A stretch of DNA of 62,945 nucleotides, filler included, from Diploschistes diacapsis (taxonomy: Eukaryota), in NCBI GenBank assembly GCA_023645945.1. It is 20 parts of 20 records of this genome, joined end to end, with 100 filler letters (N's around TTAATTAATTAA, not from the genome) between each part and the next. Parts side by side here need not be neighbours in the genome. Positions count along the whole stretch, not along the records: positions 38,047 to 39,245 come from JALAIB010003638.1; positions 39,346 to 40,544 come from JALAIB010003639.1; positions 40,645 to 60,349 come from JALAIB010000364.1; 17 more parts are not named here. The stretch is one strand, 5' to 3'. Position 1 is the stretch's first letter. Each line of letters opens with the position of its first letter. The notes beneath the pieces are model-generated. The model saw only the letters and a program-made list of their open reading frames with translations. It was not told the DNA's origin and did no database searches. Both the position numbers and the translations under genes were made by a program. Below, one piece after another: positions 38,047-51,894 of the stretch.

Positions 38047-39245
38047 ATTAAATAGGTTATAAGCCCGGGTTAATTTACCCGAACCACTTCGTATTATCAA
38101 TATATTAGAAATAAATCTTCCCGACAATTAAAACGGTTACGAATACAAGATCGAATACGTTAACTTAAAATATATTTAAATCGAAGAAATCCGAAAACCT
38201 AAAATCTAAATTATAAAACCCCAAAATAAATAAATTCAAAAATAGAAAATATATTACTATAAAAGATCGCGAGATTTTATTAGGCTGGCCAAAGGTAAGC
38301 CTAAATAAGAAATATTTAATTATCGGATTTATTATTTATTAAATCAACGAAAAACCTCCGACTTTCTTCTTTTCTCGATAATATCGAAATTTAACTAAAC
38401 CGCTGTTAAACCCTATCGATCTCTTATCAACTTTCGAAATCTAATCGAACCGTTATTCTCGCGGTTAAACTTATTCGATCCCTTTATTAATCATCGACTT
38501 TCAGCGAGGCTGGCCGTTTCGCGCCACGGTCACTGACACGGACACTGCAACAAAAATTTTCATAACACGGACACTGACACGGACATTATAGCTAAAATTT
38601 TGAAACACGAATACTGACACGGATACTACATTTCCGTAAATTCATGGACACGGATATCGTAATTAAAAAATCTAAAATACGGATACTGACACGGACACTG
38701 TATTTCCGTGAATCCACGGACTCGGACACCGCAGCAAAAAAATATAAACACTGACACTGACACGGCCGTGTCAGTGTCAGTGACGGCCAGCCTACTTTCA
38801 GCTATATCGCCGCTGAACCTACTCGATTACTTAATAATCATCGAAATTTAATTAAACTCGTTAAATCCATTCGATCATCTTCATTTCTATTACAGAAAAT
38901 CACCCTCTATACCATTCATTAATCATTTATTAACTACGAGTTATTCATTTAATAAATCTCCTTTATTTACGAAAATAATAACAAGATAAACGATATCTTA
39001 TCTAAGAAACGGATTGCCCTTATCCTGAAGAAAGAAAACTAATAGCAATGGTTCGAGCTTATACGCATATACCTTGAAAGTAAAGAAGTAAATTACGTCC
39101 TCGATAATCAGTTATTAGTATCGCCCGTTATAGACATTCTAGATAACTCGATATCATTTATCTTTACCGATTTAGGTTTAGTTTTGACAAATCATCTAAA
39201 TAATAAAAGAAAGATTAATTCAAAATAAATTACTAGATTATGATC
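38047..39245 (+). mobile_element. Copia-like internal region start, interrupted by a MITE
   Basis: AGGTTATAAGCCCGGG at ~38054 resembles the GGTTATGAGCCC sequence that follows fungal copia 5' LTRs; AT-rich, RIP-like sequence. Confidence 0.45.
38506..38794. mobile_element. Complete 289-bp hAT-type MITE (family G) with 8-bp TSD
   Basis: TSD CTTTCAGC at 38498-38505 and 38795-38802; TIR (G)AGGCTGGCCGT..ACGGCCAGCCTA; many ACACGGA repeats. Confidence 0.88.
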
Positions 39246-39345
39246 NNNNNNNNNNNNNNNNNNNNNNNNNNNNNNNNNNNNNNNNNNNNTTAATTAATTA
39301 ANNNNNNNNNNNNNNNNNNNNNNNNNNNNNNNNNNNNNNNNNNNN

Positions 39346-40122
39346 GATTTTCTTTATTCGTTCTTACGATTATAGGTTCATTACGTTCTCGATAATTATA
39401 TTTTAGTTAACCGGTTCTTTCGTTAGATTTTCAAAAAAAGATCTTCTTCGTTTAATGCTATTACGGGGGCCTGACTGGGCTCGTTCCGGTATTAATTTTT
39501 CGCTGATATTAAATCCTTTAAAAATCCCTAACGTTAATAATTATTATAACGCGGGATATCTTACGGATTGTTTTTTAACTAACGATTTATTTATTAAATC
39601 GTATTCTTTAACCGATGGTATCTCGATTAATTCTTTAAAAGGCGGAAATATTATCGATTCTCTTCTTCTCTTTTGATTCTTTTTATCAGCGGGGGCCATT
39701 ATTTATAATAAATCGGCGGGTAATACTTTCGAATTCCGGTTATCGTGGACTTACTCGAATATTTAATTCGATTAACGTTTTAAACTCTCGTCACGAATGC
39801 GAAGGTAAAGTGAGCTTTTCGAATATGAAACGCCAGCGCAGGAATGGGATATTATACTACCGGGGGCTGGGCCTGATCCGGAAGGGTTACGTGTAGCTGG
39901 GCATCTGCAGGTAAAAGGTCTCGATTCGAAAAGCTAGAGAGGAAACTATCTAGGTGGGAGGGTGGCAGGAATAAATAGTGTGTGGGTGCCAGCCCTACGG
40001 GGTTCGGGTCCTACCCGCCTACACAGCCACCCCCTAACATCCTTGGCCCGGTTGGTACCCGTCATGTGACCCTGCCGTCATGTGACCCTGGTGGCTCGGC
40101 ACGCCTGGGCTGATCTGTCTCA
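39346..40122 (-). mobile_element. LTR family A subfamily (40122 to ~39789) plus gag-like start at 39699 (MAPADKKESKEKKRID)
   Basis: TGAGACAG start; homology to 7040-7560. Confidence 0.7.
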
Positions 40123-40304
40123 AAATATGTCTTTATTCTTTTTTATAAACTTATTTATAAGATCCTTAAAGAAATCGCTTGAGTTATTTTTAAGTTTTAT
40201 ATTATCGATGTTATTCTTCTTGTCTTTAGGAAACGCATGTTTTTTTAAATTATATTGTTTATTGAGAATATCTTATAAATCTAATATTTCTCTAAAGTCG
40301 AAAG

Positions 40305-40544
40305 TGGGCTGGCCGTTGCGTGCCACGGTCACTGACACGGACACTACCGCGAAAATTTTCTCGGCACGGACACTTCCACGGATATTACACTGTAGTAAAA
40401 GCACGGACACGGATATTACCACTAAAAATTTTAAAATATAGACACTTTCACGGACACTATATTATAATAAAAACACGGACACGGACATTACGATTAAAAA
40501 ATTTAAAATACGGATACTTCCACGGATATTATATTATTATAAAT
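40305..40544. mobile_element. Left part of hAT-type family G element
   Basis: GGCTGGCCGTTGCGTGCCACGGTCACTGACACGGACACT matches 38508-38546. Confidence 0.75.
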
Positions 40545-42204
40545 NNNNNNNNNNNNNNNNNNNNNNNNNNNNNNNNNNNNNNNNNNNNTTAATTAATTAA
40601 NNNNNNNNNNNNNNNNNNNNNNNNNNNNNNNNNNNNNNNNNNNNTCTTATAGATTTTTTAGGCGGAGTCGGGCGGGTAAAATTAATAATTAAGCAATAAA
40701 TAATAATTTAAGCACGGAAAGGTAATCAGGAATTGACTGCAATCAAAATTAAAATTAAAGTAAAATTATCCCACGTCGTGTGCTATACCGGCTGTCGAGA
40801 TAATTATTCACTCGATGTCGTGCAAGAAAGCAGCGAGCCTTGACTGAGCGTCGAGTGAATGCGACGCGGATTTGGTTACCTTTTATTGCCACGCCATCAC
40901 CGATTTGCTTCGAAGTTGGATTGACTCTCCGTTGTGTTTGCAGATAATCTATCTTATCATGGTCACTTACAACGTCAATGACACCTAACTTGGTTGCAAA
41001 GCGTTCGATGAACCCAATACCCCAAAAACATTTGAAGAACGACGCAACAATGCCCCAACCCTTTGGCGCACACCAGGAGGATTTGCCATTGCTATAATCC
41101 TCAAAAGGTCAACACGTCGGAGCAGAGAACCCCCCTGACCACTTGCACGACAACCATATCAATTATCTACGCTCAGTTGCATCTCACTCACAACATCATA
41201 AACCCCCCCTCTCCTCAGGCTACAGCCACATCAGCCTACTGCATGGGCTTGCTCTCCCATCCCCTGCCTCCCTCCTCACACCTCGCATCGCTCTTTCTCC
41301 CTCTGCCGAGGAGTCCGCAGATCCTTCCAGCTTTTCCCAGTACCCAAACCGTGATCCACCTCGCCACGCCACGCCCCTCGCTGCCTTTGGCGGGGAAGGG
41401 GGGAGGACTCAAGCTTCTTGATCGAGGGAAAACCAGCCGAACTCGCTGCCGGGGCGGCACGGGGGCCGAGATCAGAGATGCAAGATGTCCCCCTCTCCCC
41501 CGAAACACCACTTGATATTGGCGGATCCGAGTGGTGGGGTGGTGGGGTGAAGATTACTAGTAGGTACGGTAGTGCAGCGAGGGGCGCTTGCTCGTGGCGG
41601 CGGTGGGGAGAGTTGGCGCAGGCAGGACGTGGCAACGGTGGAGAGGGGCGAGTTGATACCCGTTAACAAGGTATATGGGCCCTCGAGGGAATGTTTGCGG
41701 CCGTGTCACAACTTCGCCATTTCCAAGCGCGCTTCTGCAGCTTTGCAGCAGTGTACAGAGAAAGGTTCGTCTCTGCACACGTGTCGGAAGAGGCTTCCAT
41801 GATACAGTCACATGCTTTTTGGGGGGCAATGGGAAGTTGTGGTATGGAAGGGAAGTTTGGTTCATGTGTAGGCTGCAGTGCTTTGCTATTGCTCGCTATC
41901 TTTACTCTGTCTCGTCTTGTCTTGTCTTGTCTTGTGCACACGGGCTACAAGACGTCCCACCCACGAAGAAATGAGCGTATGCTAACCCAAGGAACCCTCA
42001 AAAACACATTCTGCGAATGAGCGTACCCTTCAACCTTTTTCCATTCACCAGCCGACCTTCCAAACGACGCTAGTACTTTTACAATCCGTGTTGCCATGCT
42101 GATTGACCCCAACGCTGGCACCAGAACGCCGTGTCTCCCGCACGCTTTGATCGCCGATTTCATCATCATGAACTCAGCAGACTCGCTGGCCGAGGTCCCA
42201 AACT

Positions 42205-44360
42205 TTACATACTGTCGAAGAAGACCAGCCTCTCCACGTCGTTGATGACGGCACCGTCCGGCTTGATCGCGGTAGACGCACGTGTTTCCTTGAGGATCTG
42301 ATCCATCAAGTTGTTCGTCGAGAAGAAGTCATCGTCGAACGTTGTGGCGGAGGAGGCGGACGTGAAATCGTCGAAGGAACCCTGTGCCGAGTGGTTGGTG
42401 AAATCAAGGTCGAGAGATTCGCTCAGGTCCAGAAACCTGGGGGCTGGTGGTGAGGATGATAGGTCCAGGCCCGGAGGCGAGCTTGAGGGACTCTTAGCCT
42501 GGGACTCGGTAGGCGAGAAGGAGGAAACGTCATAGCGCCCAAATGGATCGGTAGTAAACGGTGAATCATTGCCAAAGTCCATACCATCATGGGAGAAGGC
42601 TGCAGTCATCGAGTCACGCGTTGGCGGAGGGCTGGGGCTCTTGCCTTTGTTCTGCTGCCCCGCCGAAACTAGCTGGCTTGTGAAGATTGTCAAATCCTTC
42701 TGTTGGGGCGAGGCTGGAGGGGTTAGAGACATGTTGCTTGGAGAAAAGCCGGGAGCACTTGATTGTTGATAATCCTCAGGTGAGCACGATCGGCCAGACG
42801 CGCATGTGCTAGCTACAGACGGTCCGAGAGAATCGTTGCGCTTCTTTGCCATAACCTGCTTACGGATATGTTCCTTTCTCTCGCGACGTTCGTTTGTCTC
42901 GGTCGGCGCAATCTTCCGTGGACGGCCCCGTTTCTTTTCTTCGCGCCTCATCAGTTCCAGGTTTGGGTCCCCGTTAACGCAGTATGGTTTCCGAATCCTG
43001 TGCCTTCTCAGTGCATCCTGGCGTCCAAAAGCGGCACCGCATCTGCAGGTAAACTCTTTTACCTCTTGATGAATGACCGAGTGTCGCTTCAGGTCATTCG
43101 GACGAACGAATCGATTAGAGCAGACGGTACAAACGTACTTGCGGTCCCCAAGGTGGGTCTGCACATGAGCTCTGATATTTTCCTTTCTACCAAATGGACC
43201 CATTTTGCATCCTTCGAACAAGCAGGAGAATTTGTTTGTCTCGGTGTCAGGACCTTGAATGAAAGCGTCGACTTGTTCGGTTGTAATGCCTGTGTCTTCT
43301 ATAGCCATTTCTTCTGGTAACGGCTGAGCCTTCTTTCTTGGGGATGATGATCGTGCCTTGCTTGGGCTCGATGGTGCCGAAGGAAGGTCTGAAGGCGCGA
43401 AGTTTGGTACTCCACCGGAAACTTCACCAAAGAGGGTAACAGGAGGTAAATCGGGAGAGGATCGCCTCGATGAAATTGCTGGAGATGTTCGCGTTGGTGA
43501 GTAATTCGACGACTCGTACCCAGCGTTGCAGTCTGTGAAATCAAAGTCCAGCGCCGCCATGTCCAAAAAGTCAGAGGTTGGCATTGGGGCAACATCAAAT
43601 GTAGCGCAAGTGCGCATTGGGGCGGTATTTGGCGCAGACACCATCCCTTCGGCGTGGCATTGCGACCTTTTGATTTGCACAAATTCTTGGTAAGACGATC
43701 CTCGTTTCATGCCCTGTGATTGCATAGGTTGGCCAAAGTCGATCGAGCCATGTCGTATTGGCGAAGATTGTGTGAAGCATTCTTGGCTTGGAAGACCCGA
43801 TTGCGGAGTCATTGGAAACTCATCTGCTTGTTATCAGCCTTTTTTTAAATTCGCTGTAGGTATCTTTCACGCTTACTCTTGGCCAATTGAGCCCGAGGCG
43901 TACGTGGTCGGCTTGGATGATGTTGGGGAAGAATTGGTGGTGTCAGGACTGAAGCGTGCATGCTTCCCATTACGGTCGAAAAGCTTTCATCAACTCCAAA
44001 TGATCCAAAGTCGCCAAAGTCTTCTTCTAGATTTTCCACCTTTGATATGTCAAAAATATCATCAAGGTTATTGATTTGTCCCGGTCGAGATAGTCCACGC
44101 ATCTGCGTTTCTCGCATTGTTTGCTGTTGTTGAAATCCTTGGTTAGTAGTTATTGTTCCGTTACCTGGGTTAGTGTCGTATATATCCTGGAGGCGCATCG
44201 TTTGGTCTAGGCTGAGACCTCGTCGGTGTGATGCGCTGTGCTGGCTGGGTTGTGGGTAGGCGATCGGAAAATACTCAGTAGCGGTCTCCGGATTGAACGC
44301 CGGTGTTGACATTTGGCGTTTGTGATGGAATCCGGGACCCTGACACTGACTGGACAGCAT
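42205..44360 (-). CDS. ACE2: Ace2/Swi5-like C2H2 zinc-finger transcription factor; exons 44360-43877, 43823-42205
   Basis: HHKRQMSTP, HRRGLSLD, RPRTP..FPMTP; fingers FGRKENIRAHVQTHLGDRKYVC..FVRPNDLKRH..CRCGAAFGRQDALRRH; LTPPASP. Confidence 0.85.
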
Positions 44361-44978
44361 TGTAGTGCAAGTTGAGTTCGAATGTTGTTTGTCGAAGGCG
44401 TCGTTGGAAGATCCTTCGTGGTTCGAGACTGGAGGACAATCAGCATTGGAAGCATGCAAGGAGAGGATACAAAGCACACCTCACGCAGAGCGGCCACTCG
44501 GCCGGGGTGCTTGGTTTGTTCTTATCTTTCGCTCAGTCGGTTGCACCTGGCAGTGTCGACTATTTAGGAAGAGGTTATTGAAGTGGAAAAGGAGGAGGTG
44601 AAAAGCGCTTAGAGCTCTCTCAAGAGAATTTTGAGATTTAGGGTCAGAGAGGTTTGAACTGATCCGATGCTCAGATCGGATTTGCTCGAATTTTCAGGAA
44701 GTTTTAAATTAGCGTATAGCTTTTTGACATGCAGTCAGAGTCAAAGTTCAGATATGGAGGTCGTGCCAGTCGAGGTTGCGTATGTAATGTTTCGCTTAGA
44801 AGTTGCCCGGCAACGACGGGGTCTTGAATTTACGGATCGGCCCTGCGCACCATCTTTTGCCGAAGTAACCTTGGACTAACTTATTCGAGAATAGTTCCCA
44901 CCTTTTTTGAGTACGCAAGTACTTGCCCTATCTATCTCGAAAGTCGATCCACACACACTGACGTCCGACCAGCGACCA

Positions 44979-45482
44979 GAGACAACGAGGGCATCCCTGC
45001 CGAGCAGCAGCGCTTGATATGTGCCGGCAAGCAGCTCGAGGACGGGCCGCATCCTGTCCCACTACCACATCCAGAAGGGATTCTACGCTCCACCTTGTGC
45101 TTCAGCCTGCGCGGGCGGCGGCAAGAAGCGCAAGAACATGTACACCCCCGCAAAGAAGATCAAGCACAAGCACCAGGAAGTAAGAGTCTTTGTCTGACAC
45201 TCTTTGGATCGTGGGCGTCGTGTATAATTCTCTTCAAGCTATCGGTTCTCAAGTACTATAAAGTCGACGGTGCATGGCAAGATTGAGCGGTTGAGGAGGG
45301 AGTGTCCTACCGTCCAGAGGTAGGTTCCCCCCCCCAATTGTTGGTTTGAAGGAGGTAGAGTGTGGTTGCCGAATGCAGATTGTTCGTAGTGCGGGCGCCG
45401 GTGTTTTCAGGACTGCGATGCACAACCGCCATTACTGTGGGAAGTGGCCATCTTACCTACCTTTTTGACGAGTCCAAGTGAG
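44979..45482 (+). pseudogene. RPS31: Ubiquitin-40S ribosomal protein S27a (RPS31/UBI3) pseudogene, 5'-truncated, introns retained
   Basis: DNEGIPAEQQRLICAGKQLEDG; STLHLV..LRG; KKRK..YT..KKIKHK; KLSVLKYYKVDG..KIERLRRECP; GAGVF..MHNRHYCGK..FDESK*, with several frameshifts. Confidence 0.88.
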
Positions 45483-45700
45483 ACATTGGTCGCAGGTCTG
45501 CGTCAATCTGCAGGGTACCTTCGGTGGGCCAGCTAGTATGAAGACGACAAGGATGGTTGACCACGGACCTTGAGCCATCACGTACTGCTATCTCATATAC
45601 TTTGAGGCCATGTACTGCATCGACAAGTATACAAATGATTCCATTGGGAGATCACCAAATTTGAACTTCTCGGCATGTAAGATATGTAGATCGTATCAAA

Positions 45701-45790
45701 GTATATACTTGAACTGAAGAAGAAGACATAATAGGAAAGAAGTATGTACTTGAACTGAAAGAAGACATATAACAGGAAAGAAGTATGTAC
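45701..45790. repeat. ~41-bp tandem repeat, 2 copies
   Basis: GTAT(A/G)TACTTGAACTGAA..GAAGACATA..AGGAAAGAA twice. Confidence 0.7.
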
Positions 45791-45864
45791 GTCAAAACCA
45801 CAAACCATAACAACAGCAGCCCCGCATAAAGCTATTCTCTGCCCACCTGGACAACTCAAAACCC

Positions 45865-47434
<1,570 letters not shown>

Positions 47435-49488
47435 GGTGGGGAACCTCGCTTATAGTTCGCTCTTGAAGTATTCAATACGCAACAGTGTGATGAAGACAGC
47501 ACGCAAGTCAAAGCGTCAAGCTTCTGACTACGGTGTGCAAGAGAATGTTCTGCTCCTATTCCAACCAAGGCAGAATAAGACTTTGGAGCCTGGTAGGACC
47601 GACAACCGCGAGGGAAGAGGCCGCTTATAAGGGTAGGAGATAAAGAAGGAGCTACAGACAAGGTGACTGGTCCAGCACTGTGACGCAGCGCTCTGAAGCA
47701 GTACCCTGACTGACTCTCCAGCAGTATAATAGGGAAGGCAGGAGGGAAAAGGAGGACTGGCAGATCGTGAAGACTGAAGGAAAAGCAGGAGAAGAAGCTG
47801 GAGATGAACACCTTCATATAGCACACAGTCGAGCCCAACATCGCGTTCAGAGAGATTGCACAGGATTAGACTAAGTGCTGATATTCAAGCCGATTTCACA
47901 AGGATTGGCCAAGCGCTGATAGGAACCTTCAGAGTCGGAATTCAGGAGGACCGTTGCAACCTTACCACCTATGACCAAGCTAATACAGCATCGTGACCAC
48001 AGGAAAGGATGCTGTTCAGGATGCAGCTGCACAAATCTGACCTTCGGGGCTCTGACTGCTGAGAGTAGCCTGGAATGGTGTAGGGGTTTCTGAAGCCTGG
48101 ATTGTGTAAGTCGAGGAGTTATTGGCTAAAGCTTCTTTCAAGGTTTCTGCTGAGTCTATCTTGCCGAAGGTCGCTGTTCTAACATCCCAGCTGGAGGTTC
48201 GTTGCACGAACGCCAAGTCCACATCAAGGCCTGTAGTGTGATACTTCCGCAGCGCGGTACCAGAAGATTCGACGGCGAAGATGGCGGATTCAGTTTAGAA
48301 CACAAGCAAGAGTAGGCTTATTCAACATTGTTCAAGCCAAGCAACCAACAGATATGCATGAAAGAAGTCAACCTTCCGGACAGAGCCCCGATGACTGTCA
48401 TGGTGTACAGCAAGATTGCTTGTAATGGCCACCAGAAGGCCTCTAGTCGCACACAATTTCCAGGCCATTTAGTGTCACGCGAGGAACTTCTCATTTCACC
48501 TTCATGTTCACTTTAGGGATGGGCCGTTGCCGGACAAGTGGCCGCCCATTGCAAGGACTGAAAGACGGTAGCGTCAAAGGTAGAAAGCTATCACGCGTAT
48601 ACTTGGGCGCAAAGTTGCATGCTCGCGAATCGAGTCGTCGGCGCGAGCAAGAGATATTAGTCTGATATATTTGTACTAATGCAGATGCAACAACCTTAGA
48701 ACCTTGGGCATTTTCCATCCATCCTAGCCATCCAGGGTAGAAGATTGGACGGGCCGCGACAGGAGGTTATAACCAAGTTTGTCTCAGCTGAGTTAAAACT
48801 TAGTGTCGGCCGCAACAGTACCTGTAAGAATGAATGTTGGTCCAATCTTAACCTCACTATCTACATTATTATGATAATATTATAATAACACCTACACCCA
48901 TACCCACGGTCCAACGGCTATATGGGTCTTTGCTGTGGCCGATGAGTGTGGCTTGAGCGGGCTTGCTATTGGCACTCGGATCCCGCTCATTGTCATTCTT
49001 AACTTAACTTTACTTGCTTCTGCTTCTCCCCCACCACCCTTAAAACCTCGCCCACCTCACCCACCTGTTGTCGCTCAAAATCCGCCTACAACCCTGAGGC
49101 TAGACTAGGTATCTATGCGCCGTGCTCTGTTGCACCAATACGCACATATTCAGAGGGAAGAAGAAGAAGAAGAAGAAGGGAAAGAGGCAGCATCAGGACT
49201 GCGGTACAGATCGTCAAAGACCGACCCAGTACCTCGAAGATTAGGAGCAGTGCGAGCACGCGCGCTCTGGTCAAGCTTCCAAAGAAGTAAGTTGGCACGC
49301 GGGCGCCTGGTGTGGATGGCGCAAATGATCGATATTAGATTCAAAAGAAGCTTAAACGCATATTCTATGGGTTATCAGATAAGCTTCGGGAATCAAACCA
49401 AAAGAGGATGGCCTCCATCTTCGTCGCTGCACACCATAACTCTGTGTTCCTGTCAATCATTTCTGTCTTGCTTATCTCCCACGTTCTG

Positions 49489-50844
49489 CTACTCATCACG
49501 CTCATGTCCCTTATGGCTCAGCTGTTTCATTCGGTGGAGTGCCTGCGACTCATGGGGGTTTAATTGCGCGCTTTGATCGTCCTGTACCTCTTGACCTCCT
49601 TCGCCATCCAGGTTGTAGCTTCTGTCCACGGTCAAAGCACCCTTCCTGCGGTCGCCGAGCTCCTTACCCACATCCTTGTTCTTGTCTTCCTGCAAGTCTT
49701 GCGGCTGCCGTTCACTATCCGCCTCGGAAAACTGCTTTTGATGCGCTGTGGATGATTGCTCAGCGTGCACCTCCAAGGACACCTCCTCGAGACTTTCATT
49801 TGCCTCTTCTTCCTTGTGCTCCTTGTCTTTGTGCTCCTCCTCCTCCGGTTTCTCGTCCACGGGATGGTCTACCTTCCACGACCCCTTGAACAAGTGTTGC
49901 ACCATCGCGGTTTCTTCTTCCGGATTTCCAGCGTTGGAGTGCCATTGGCCGCAGCCAAAGGCCGTTATCGGAAGAATTAGTATATCATCGACCAATCGAG
50001 GCTCTTTAAGGTTCGTGACATTTGTCCATGTGAAATTTGTTCCGGTTGACTGACTGAGAACTTCAAACACTGATCGCGTGAAAAGCGCGGGTCCTGTCGT
50101 GTCCAATACTTCCTCTCTTGAAGCTTTCACTCCCGATATTGTTCTTTCCTGCTTGAGAGCCAGCGTCTTTAGTCCTCTTATCACTTTCTGCACAGTGTAT
50201 TCCAGCAAAGGGTGATGGGGCTTTGCCAGCAAGGCCCATGTACTGAACTGCAGATCAAGTGTCCAGTCATTCCAGCGAAAGTCCGTAAGCCGATCATACT
50301 CGATGCCAACGACAACGTTCGTGTCCTCCTGATATTCGGGCGGGACCCAATCTTCGATGGGCTTCAGCGACTTGGTGTCGAGATCGGTATACAAGCCACC
50401 GTCTCCGAGAAGGATTAAATAGCGTATCATGTCTGCCCGAAGGATAGGATCTTGTAAGTCGGTGAAGATTTCTAATATCTCCGGCCTGTCCGCAAAACGT
50501 TCGCGAACATAACTTTCAGCACTGTACTGCGTCATGCTCTCATATCTCCACTTTTGGTTCAATTTGGTCCAAGATCTAATGGCGTCTCTATCTCCGTCGT
50601 CCAAGCCTCCAGGTCCCGTTTTCGAAGTCTGCCAAATCTTTCGAGGAAAGTATGTCCTTTGCTTTCTCGTCGCGTTGGTGAAAGGATGCCGATCGGACTC
50701 GGTTGTCGAGTCTATGCCTGGAGGCTGCGAATCGTTCCGCATAATTAAAAGAAGTTGGATAAATATCACAATGGCCACACCAGCCGTCACATAATGAGGT
50801 ACCATGTACTCGCTACGTGAGTTTGAGAGCCTCTGATAACTCAT
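49489..50844 (-). CDS. GT32 glycosyltransferase (Och1/Hoc1-like alpha-1,6-mannosyltransferase family), type II membrane protein, intronless
   Basis: N-terminal TM; FPRKIWQT; ILRADMIRYL..GGLYTDLD (DXD); VVGIE; TTGP..FT; HLFKGSW; acidic C-terminal tail. Confidence 0.88.
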   Translation of the reverse strand: MSYQRLSNSRSEYMVPHYVTAGVAIVIFIQLLLIMRNDSQPPGIDSTTESDRHPFTNATRKQRTYFPRKIWQTSKTGPGGLDDGDRDAIRSWTKLNQKWRYESMTQYSAESYVRERFADRPEILEIFTDLQDPILRADMIRYLILLGDGGLYTDLDTKSLKPIEDWVPPEYQEDTNVVVGIEYDRLTDFRWNDWTLDLQFSTWALLAKPHHPLLEYTVQKVIRGLKTLALKQERTISGVKASREEVLDTTGPALFTRSVFEVLSQSTGTNFTWTNVTNLKEPRLVDDILILPITAFGCGQWHSNAGNPEEETAMVQHLFKGSWKVDHPVDEKPEEEEHKDKEHKEEEANESLEEVSLEVHAEQSSTAHQKQFSEADSERQPQDLQEDKNKDVGKELGDRRKGALTVDRSYNLDGEGGQEVQDDQSAQLNPHESQALHRMKQLSHKGHERDE

Positions 50845-51894
50845 GTTGCCCGATGATCTGTAATCTATTAACAGTCGAGGTGGCTTCTGGTTACGAAGAA
50901 GGAACTCAATATATACTTGGGAGAAGACCGGGTTTAGCAAGGGCTATGGCGCATCTAGCAATAAGGCCTGATCGTTTGGAAAGGTCTGAATAACCCATGC
51001 AGATAAAAGACTTCCAAGCCCACAACACATATCTAGACCATCCCTTGACTTCAATTTTTCCAGTACTTATGGAATGTTGCCGTTCCGCCAATGGAGGTAC
51101 CTACCTTGAATTATCCAAGGGATGTGCTGCCCTTGCAGACAAGATACGGAGGTATCTCGACACAATGAGGGCAGGATCTCATGCAATAGCGACCTGGCTG
51201 AGAACATGATATTGAAACAAATGTATAGATTTGATAGAGCGATTAGCGTTCCGGTTTTTCATACCCGCGGATCCCCTCTAGCAATTATTGGCCGTGGAAC
51301 TTCGTTTCTTGACAATTATCATATTATCATATTAATCTTTTTTAACTGGACAAAATCTCTTATCTGCGCCTGTTATAAGGAACCCAAGAAAACTTCCCTT
51401 CTATCTGGGTTTTGAAGATTGAAAACAGCTCGACTTGAAGGTTTGGTAACTTCAAAAGTCGATGCAGATTCCAAACACCCGGGTGCGGTTATTCTGACCG
51501 AAACGAAGGCTATTATTACATAAGATCAGTCTGGAATTTCAGTTTCCTTACTAACCATTATATCTTATATCTTAATATATGTGCTTCGTTTCTCTGGAGC
51601 AAAGAACATCAATGGCCCTGATTCAGGTGGTTTGGTATTTGCTTCAAAGAAATGTGAGTGGGAGAAAGTTTGTTGTAAATATCACCAAAGGAACCCGCAA
51701 AAAGGGCGCAGGAGCTAATGGTAAAATATATATTTGTTTCAGTCACAATAACTGGCCTTGCTACTCGTCAATTTGTGAAGGATTCGCTAACTGGCCGAAC
51801 ATTTAAAGTACGTTGTCAGTATCTAGCTGTACATGAATCATCACGAGCTGTTTACAATCATGAAGAGCTGCAAAGCATTCCCACACTGCCATCC

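Noticed and set aside
38281..38303. TAGGCTGGCC...AGCCTA mini-match to family G TIRs
   Set aside because: Too short and no TSD; may be chance
41063..42170. Cluster of overlapping ORFs in GC-rich sequence with (TCTTG)n
   Set aside because: Low-complexity translations in all frames, no domain signal
48016..48290. Protein-like minus-strand frame
   Set aside because: No clear start or family similarity; unsupported without a search
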